A stretch of 60,318 bases of DNA from positions 1-60,318 of IMG/VR virus record IMGVR_UViG_3300025108_000047. One strand, written 5' to 3'. Positions 58,001-60,318 of the stretch are shown here, one piece after another. This DNA is from a virus. Taxonomy: Duplodnaviria > Caudoviricetes. Both the position numbers and the translations under genes were made by a program. The notes beneath the pieces are model-generated. The model saw nothing but the letters and a program-made list of their open reading frames with translations. It was not told where the DNA came from and searched no databases. The first letter of the stretch is position 1. Every line of letters starts with the position of its first letter.

Positions 58001-60318
58001 AAATGATGTTTTATCTCCTGAAATAAAAGAAGCTATACAAACAAATATAGACTTTTTAAAATTTACTGAATCTAACGGAGTTTTTAAACTTGCAAACATA
58101 CCGTATCAAAAATTAACATCAAGCAATAAAAACATTGTTGATATGTTATTTACAAGACAAGGAGATAATTTAGTTTTTGATATTGAAAAAGTTAAGTCTA
58201 TTATAGAAGGAGGTATTGATATTGCTCCAATAATGTTTAACAAGGAGTTGCACTATATTGATTTAAAGTCTATTGTTGATAATAACAATCCTTCTCAGTG
58301 GATTAAAAAAGCAGGCACAGTAGAAACTACACCAACACCTTTTAATGAAAAAAAAACTAAACTAGTTAATGCAGAAAATATAAACAGAACTTTAAACATA
58401 AAGAATGGTAGTAGAAAGAAACTTAGGAAAGTAATTAACGATTCTGCGTTAAGAAGCTTTAATCAAGACATGACTTTAGAAGAATACTTTGAAGCTAGAG
58501 GTTTGAAAAAGTCTTTAATGAAAAACGACACTATTTCTCAAGAAGTAGAGAAAGAATTTAGAAAACTTAAAAACTCTAAAAAGTTTATAGACTCTTTGCT
58601 TGATAACGCAAATGAATTTTCTCTTGCTAATATGTCTAAGTTTACTAAAGAAGAGCTTATGGGTACTGCTGTAGCTATTTCTACAGACGATTCTTTAGAA
58701 AAAGTAGGAAAGAACGCTATAACAAAAGAAATATCTATTCTTATTGCACAAAAAGCAAGAGACGAACAAATGGCTTTAAATCCTGAAGGATATGCAGGAG
58801 CTAACGAAGGCGATGTATCTTTCTTTAAAAAGTGGCTAATGTCTAATGACGTAGACACAAACAACCCAGACGTTCAGGCTATGACCAGAACTGTTGAAGA
58901 GCAGTACTTTAAGTTTACACAAGAATACTCTAAACAAGCTAGACCAATTAAGGTAATTGCTAAAAGCTTGAAAGCAGACTTTTATAAAAAAGTAGGAGCT
59001 GTAGAATATGTAAAGCTTTGGTTTAAAGGAGATTTAAATAAAGAGATTTACAAAAACGTTTACGAAATGAGAACCGATAAAGATGGTTCTGAATACATAG
59101 TTTTGAAAAAAGACACTACTACTCTTAGCAAAAACGAAAAAGCTTTTCACACAGAGTTTGGTAGAATAATGCAAACAGTTAGTGGTAATGAAGAATACAC
59201 TGGTTCTATACCTTATCATACAATTAACTCTAACGAAGCATTTATGAGACAAGGGCTTTATGGTATGTATTTAACTAGCGAAGGCATGGAGAATCACTTA
59301 AATAGTGTTCCTGTTTATTCTACTGACCCTATTTCTGGACAGCAAGTACAAAGAACATTTTTAGAGTGGAAAGAGTTGTATGCAAATAAAAACGTGTCTA
59401 AGTCTAAGTTTAAAAACTTAAAAGATTTTTCTGAAATAAAGAAAAGAGCAGAAGAACTTTTAAAGTCTGGAGTAGATGAAGATGGTACTGCTATTGAGTA
59501 CGACAGAGTAGCAATTAACTTACTGCTAGAGACAGATGAAACAAGTGGTTATATAGCTCAAGAGTCTGTAAACATGAAAGAGTTTGCGTCTTATGACTTA
59601 GAGTCTATAGCGTTAAAGACATTAAGAACACAGATGTTTAATTATGGCTCTAATGGCTTTATAGGATTTAAGAACTTAGGATTTATGATTGATGGTGTTT
59701 TAGAATATAACGAAGACAACCCAAATCTTAAAGAGTGGGTTCAGACTATATACAAAGAGTATTTAGCTAAACAAGGCCCTAAAAAGAAAACATCTAAATT
59801 AGGTAAGGCTGCTGATGCTTTTGTATTATTTACTACACTTAAAGTCTTAGGCCCTTGGAATATAGGAATACCTTTAGGAAATATAGCTATTGGAAAGTAT
59901 CAAGCTATGAGAGCTACTGGCATGAAGCAGTTTATAAAAGGTGAATCAAGATTTTTAAATCCTAAAAACTTTAAAAAGAACGCAGCCCTTATAAGAAACT
60001 ATGTGTCGTTTGATATGTCTATGTATGAAAACTTTTATTCAATGCAGGAAAAGACTCCATTTGACCAAATAGCAGACTTAATAATGTTACCGATGGAGCA
60101 GTCTGAAAAATATATACAAGGAGCTACTTTTTTAAGCTTTTTAACTGATGAAGAATACAATAACATTAATGTAGATGAAAATGGATTAATTGTTAATAGT
60201 CCAATATCTGAAAAAAGAGTTATTGATATAATGGAAAAAGTTAAGAAAGAGCAAGGTAAGGGATACAATACTACAAACCAAAGACTTACTGGTATGCACG
60301 CAACAAGCAGACTTTTAT
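49020..60318 (+). CDS. Giant virion RNA polymerase polyprotein (zincin domain + two-barrel RNAP); wraps to 508
   Basis: ATG 49020; in-frame HEFGH (52260), DDAQS (55062), SAVK (55395), RIP (56190) and GSDKDGD (56301-56321). The absence of a stop before the window end is inferred from the ORF track. Confidence 0.88.
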   Translation, partial: MGKFSDAGSFFNSRNQKPQAPQQPDSPSANLQNQLLKEQVDATTKKSEGGYDAFQQYKGGSNFDEQGQRVGNTQEDILMSGGTKLGKSLVAGTGDVIEQVVDLTQLVYNFGTPLGAAERAVGLDFSKNFFDWVKENTSQELQDYAVTYQKPGSEDFKWSDLGTSDFWTTDFARQVPNLLSMMAGGAGLVKGAGTLMTKMATKSIAKGGARLAKAGALSSKVVDPAGRTIGQIGGKGIGKLFTRSEGAVGLSTKGKLVAGIGGGAGMNLVDGGIVAGMAYDRALEEFGSDEEGRKLAGQIAADIFIDNSKWMAVDALSWGFTFGGGSKVILGKATQKLGQIKNGFGKRAANILVNASAGSAAGAAIGGAATLGEEGMGDAMKTGALAGLGAGLLKGTRGVKAAGMLAPEGIEEMFQETYQEWIEKKAFNEARGEEEKTPTYWDFYSSDEARKTKAISLISGMAGSTVGGYTNLINDVADRSFENDKKIDAISSIMDRANNADNTYDKTSAMYDMVSQSVADQNDDNLLAWINGEASKEGGAVDAKLQTELVAFMNEQKKTYEKVGSGMKNITANEKSRLFRMQTGISKNAAEFSEQSTIYNEQKADLTNQLKDIESSNLSDSAKKQAVSNLNERIAELDADFNTLQNNVNKANSEIQEEINTYTTGLITKSKVRKAASVEGIKDAVKSATSQIGKFGKGVKEFSEGVFDGVNKAKADYTKRKQEEQAQQAEQAPEGQEPTLGEDIFDMPKENVFNTMVQLFRTSYKGSDIDTDMFTNEQLDKIISEAFTENGIDGTASQEEFAAKFDAIEKSVNAKHKTFVENKAKAAEESEPTKKSTFQKAKEKTTEVVGKVVDTVKEGAESVKEAFTKKEPEAEVVSKKESDTPKVKDDVSSDVIEDIEFEEVTENSEKDNPLKSKINEEFDKEIAEIQVEIDKETDEERIKILQKALAEVKESKLRKVQGEPSKPIGKKESVRKAKKDAKKAKDKYKFSWYNPLGILERRKFRKERNKKVKEAIAKFDEAKKQNSLHYVYALKDANYPNSAIITLAEMSQMFGEAGTSAVVNATIYASNRPDFANIVKHEFGHVLYPLFQDTPLMQDIKRLILEDGKIIKNITQTYPELILFDTELGPQTIEEIIINPNIYKNMLDHNSTIEGDMKSIVESLNTGRIFTNEINSLLSKIKGMDSISIAKPENQELLIEEAFAHYLEKDSITLADIIAKDVKTEQRLKRKVNIVAEKIKVPSKTTDEQKFEIIKTMDSPANRADTLEEALDIIRRDADRRSKIHKPKRSSRVMRKKPNKSLNDIAQAHYENSELVKAILINNRGAYESMIMSSIEELSGKELSQEQIKEVLQKEARIFLNVINKQESATSGLINKNKNYQYDEASIDDISGSVLSELIAEGTLGNNEITQALEFAGVLDKNAERIPFLFEEELDDFVMTKDSNDNVAIQNERSSTSKFIDAFVLYLNSERGKFLLESGKLEGELNLYNEGAIRRNIRKEFRKALVPKGENVFIADFMDSIINPKTPLLKAFKQFTLDLYKDKYGSVAGSNQYLNAIARGIHHEQSSNVVESRDILFYTEQDSDYFIEPSIAEFEQFVIEDLITDNETNVSLDRLNLLKDSKRVNMLELIEAIGDIKFKSKSAQAYLDQFAIQESFTFMHKGKTLKAVDVVNDIIKSNGKIDSELLKSIATEITMLSRDLNQITMVDMARLETGTSLLNKTSSLYEGFKSMKQYLNDQTTPTNEIIKEVSNGSVFDYLINKLGISPKISASSGVRVTDIDGMIKGDSYVNLSPDEILMSDILRMLTVDEESYQMPIMVFSEKSRRYNVTVPKYKNLRTTKNNFVEDLAKEIEGARYSKGDKVSNLFQISNKNNTFDSIVNKKELAKQVKFLENYIKDNPYIITNLIQNGVIKSTDGKVPNSLLEDLVVSTALNKYSAQKTLVAKHSDRKNAVDYTKRSAMAIARRRPVFEHIEYIITPDLYYNPNAEEGLEYLTDEDLESGDFTAAQKAEYKQVDDAQSLMLPEDARLLNKNAGLGNEYGSVYKTVHSGRDTRVDSLSYEEKGKKYDTGDTYLKHNTVVLSDKYVAMSIENGYVGLAKLRAIMKNRKEHLLNKFGANVSIVTMPKSAVKSDTENKFLTPLDVKEIKITEDEILSTFSNLSSNSINATQAKIKLLIKNDKFGGGISERTSLTELNEQRDGLFAKSNEEGLRYIGFDASKFGVQNILESKRNETSSTTPIQLLSNYLQSVPTDALKSEVIDLLATYAKAVDLYSNEQIDNLPQDIKDMIDPSWAGSPMSYLVSSGLINLPGIQLKLQEVLSKNVISGATKLRGPGGIAFETSPYGFKLKSRVRASEIKYIKGSLNPDSIVSEIVLPESMSKKFGVGDIVTATRIPADKLSMSQVYVIKDFFDGDAGQVVAIPEGNSAIKGSDKDGDSLFIDGRINKKELTEAEKAYNNYIFKSTRFISNPAMTDVTGLSLENVAEKADDYISALEKSGVKVPEEQKDMLTMQFDKYSLQNNLEIRNVLGELIIAFRDTNYLSFYNQEINANIEIEGKILNKFKDSKNGKEVQFISELVQLVLDNPSKLKAFSLGLNTVVIKDLVLLSRMGFDATSALSYINSPEMLSVYKYTNQSRILKGIDPSLDYYSPEFMAWLEISNNGIKDVRGFVNDINNTKRVEELKTEFNTTTYPKYRKLENFKLGIRISKKPSTDSDSYAIIKVLKAVKSDLSAMSDILNVYNTNPQSSLEIETRINNWKNTKENPLIINFTDALINDPIIKNRENALNNLKRALKENTAISNDKFVNLSESLSKVFKFDKGYKSKSISNEIIESAYDKALLDILKTDISQSELENIRKEIQSAIGNMSVDALIPSMLKTLEDSIYVIPGYVSRATSPEILNNIRSQFEIESKDIEIMGMSFAEALLVYKYNQPSKTGKKGRLINDNSLLSVMPTSIVNKINESLTAEKINKGLSLSRADVLSSARSNIYSVPNVYFGNDVLSPEIKEAIQTNIDFLKFTESNGVFKLANIPYQKLTSSNKNIVDMLFTRQGDNLVFDIEKVKSIIEGGIDIAPIMFNKELHYIDLKSIVDNNNPSQWIKKAGTVETTPTPFNEKKTKLVNAENINRTLNIKNGSRKKLRKVINDSALRSFNQDMTLEEYFEARGLKKSLMKNDTISQEVEKEFRKLKNSKKFIDSLLDNANEFSLANMSKFTKEELMGTAVAISTDDSLEKVGKNAITKEISILIAQKARDEQMALNPEGYAGANEGDVSFFKKWLMSNDVDTNNPDVQAMTRTVEEQYFKFTQEYSKQARPIKVIAKSLKADFYKKVGAVEYVKLWFKGDLNKEIYKNVYEMRTDKDGSEYIVLKKDTTTLSKNEKAFHTEFGRIMQTVSGNEEYTGSIPYHTINSNEAFMRQGLYGMYLTSEGMENHLNSVPVYSTDPISGQQVQRTFLEWKELYANKNVSKSKFKNLKDFSEIKKRAEELLKSGVDEDGTAIEYDRVAINLLLETDETSGYIAQESVNMKEFASYDLESIALKTLRTQMFNYGSNGFIGFKNLGFMIDGVLEYNEDNPNLKEWVQTIYKEYLAKQGPKKKTSKLGKAADAFVLFTTLKVLGPWNIGIPLGNIAIGKYQAMRATGMKQFIKGESRFLNPKNFKKNAALIRNYVSFDMSMYENFYSMQEKTPFDQIADLIMLPMEQSEKYIQGATFLSFLTDEEYNNINVDENGLIVNSPISEKRVIDIMEKVKKEQGKGYNTTNQRLTGMHATSRLL
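60176..60318. repeat. Terminal direct repeat (circular overlap), copy 2
   Basis: Matches 1-143 and lies inside a CDS, so it is an assembly overlap or terminal redundancy. Confidence 0.97.

Noticed and set aside
50348-60268. Many short minus-strand ORFs
   Set aside because: They are antisense shadows of the giant + strand RNAP gene.
1-60318. Stop-codon reassignment as in some gut crAss-like phages
   Set aside because: Long genes are intact in the standard code, and TAG and TGA both end genes at sensible boundaries.
1-60318. tRNA genes, integrase, introns or inteins
   Set aside because: None recognised by eye. Intergenic gaps are short, and TerL, DnaB and MCP have ordinary lengths; tRNAscan-SE would confirm the tRNA result.

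Overview
The window appears to be a complete, circularly permuted genome of a compact crAss-like (Crassvirales-related) podophage. It is about 60,175 bp after removing a 143-bp terminal overlap. The likely host is an aquatic Bacteroidetes/Flavobacteriia, inferred from TAnnTTTG promoters, no obvious Shine-Dalgarno motifs and a T9SS-type cargo gene. The + strand (27605 to the end, wrapping to 11688) carries TerL, portal, scaffold, MCP, ring/IHF/tail-tube/muzzle genes and ejection proteins. It also carries a ~3,887-aa virion RNA polymerase polyprotein that the ORF track missed because it wraps the window edge, then fibres, an envelope cassette, basic mini-proteins and lysis genes. The - strand (11685-27487) carries early/middle genes: DnaB, Sak/Rad52, an SSB-like protein, a RecE-like nuclease, RusA, a MoxR-AAA/vWA pair and PhoH, but no recognisable DNA polymerase or primase. 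The standout non-coding element is a consensus type III hammerhead ribozyme between two early genes (- strand, 26759-26809). Other leads are an OM-barrel/thioredoxin-fold/T9SS-cargo cassette, a free-standing RNR-tail-like CxxC mini-protein, near-leaderless late promoters and a pseudoknotted MCP leader. All calls come from reading motifs by eye; no searches were run.
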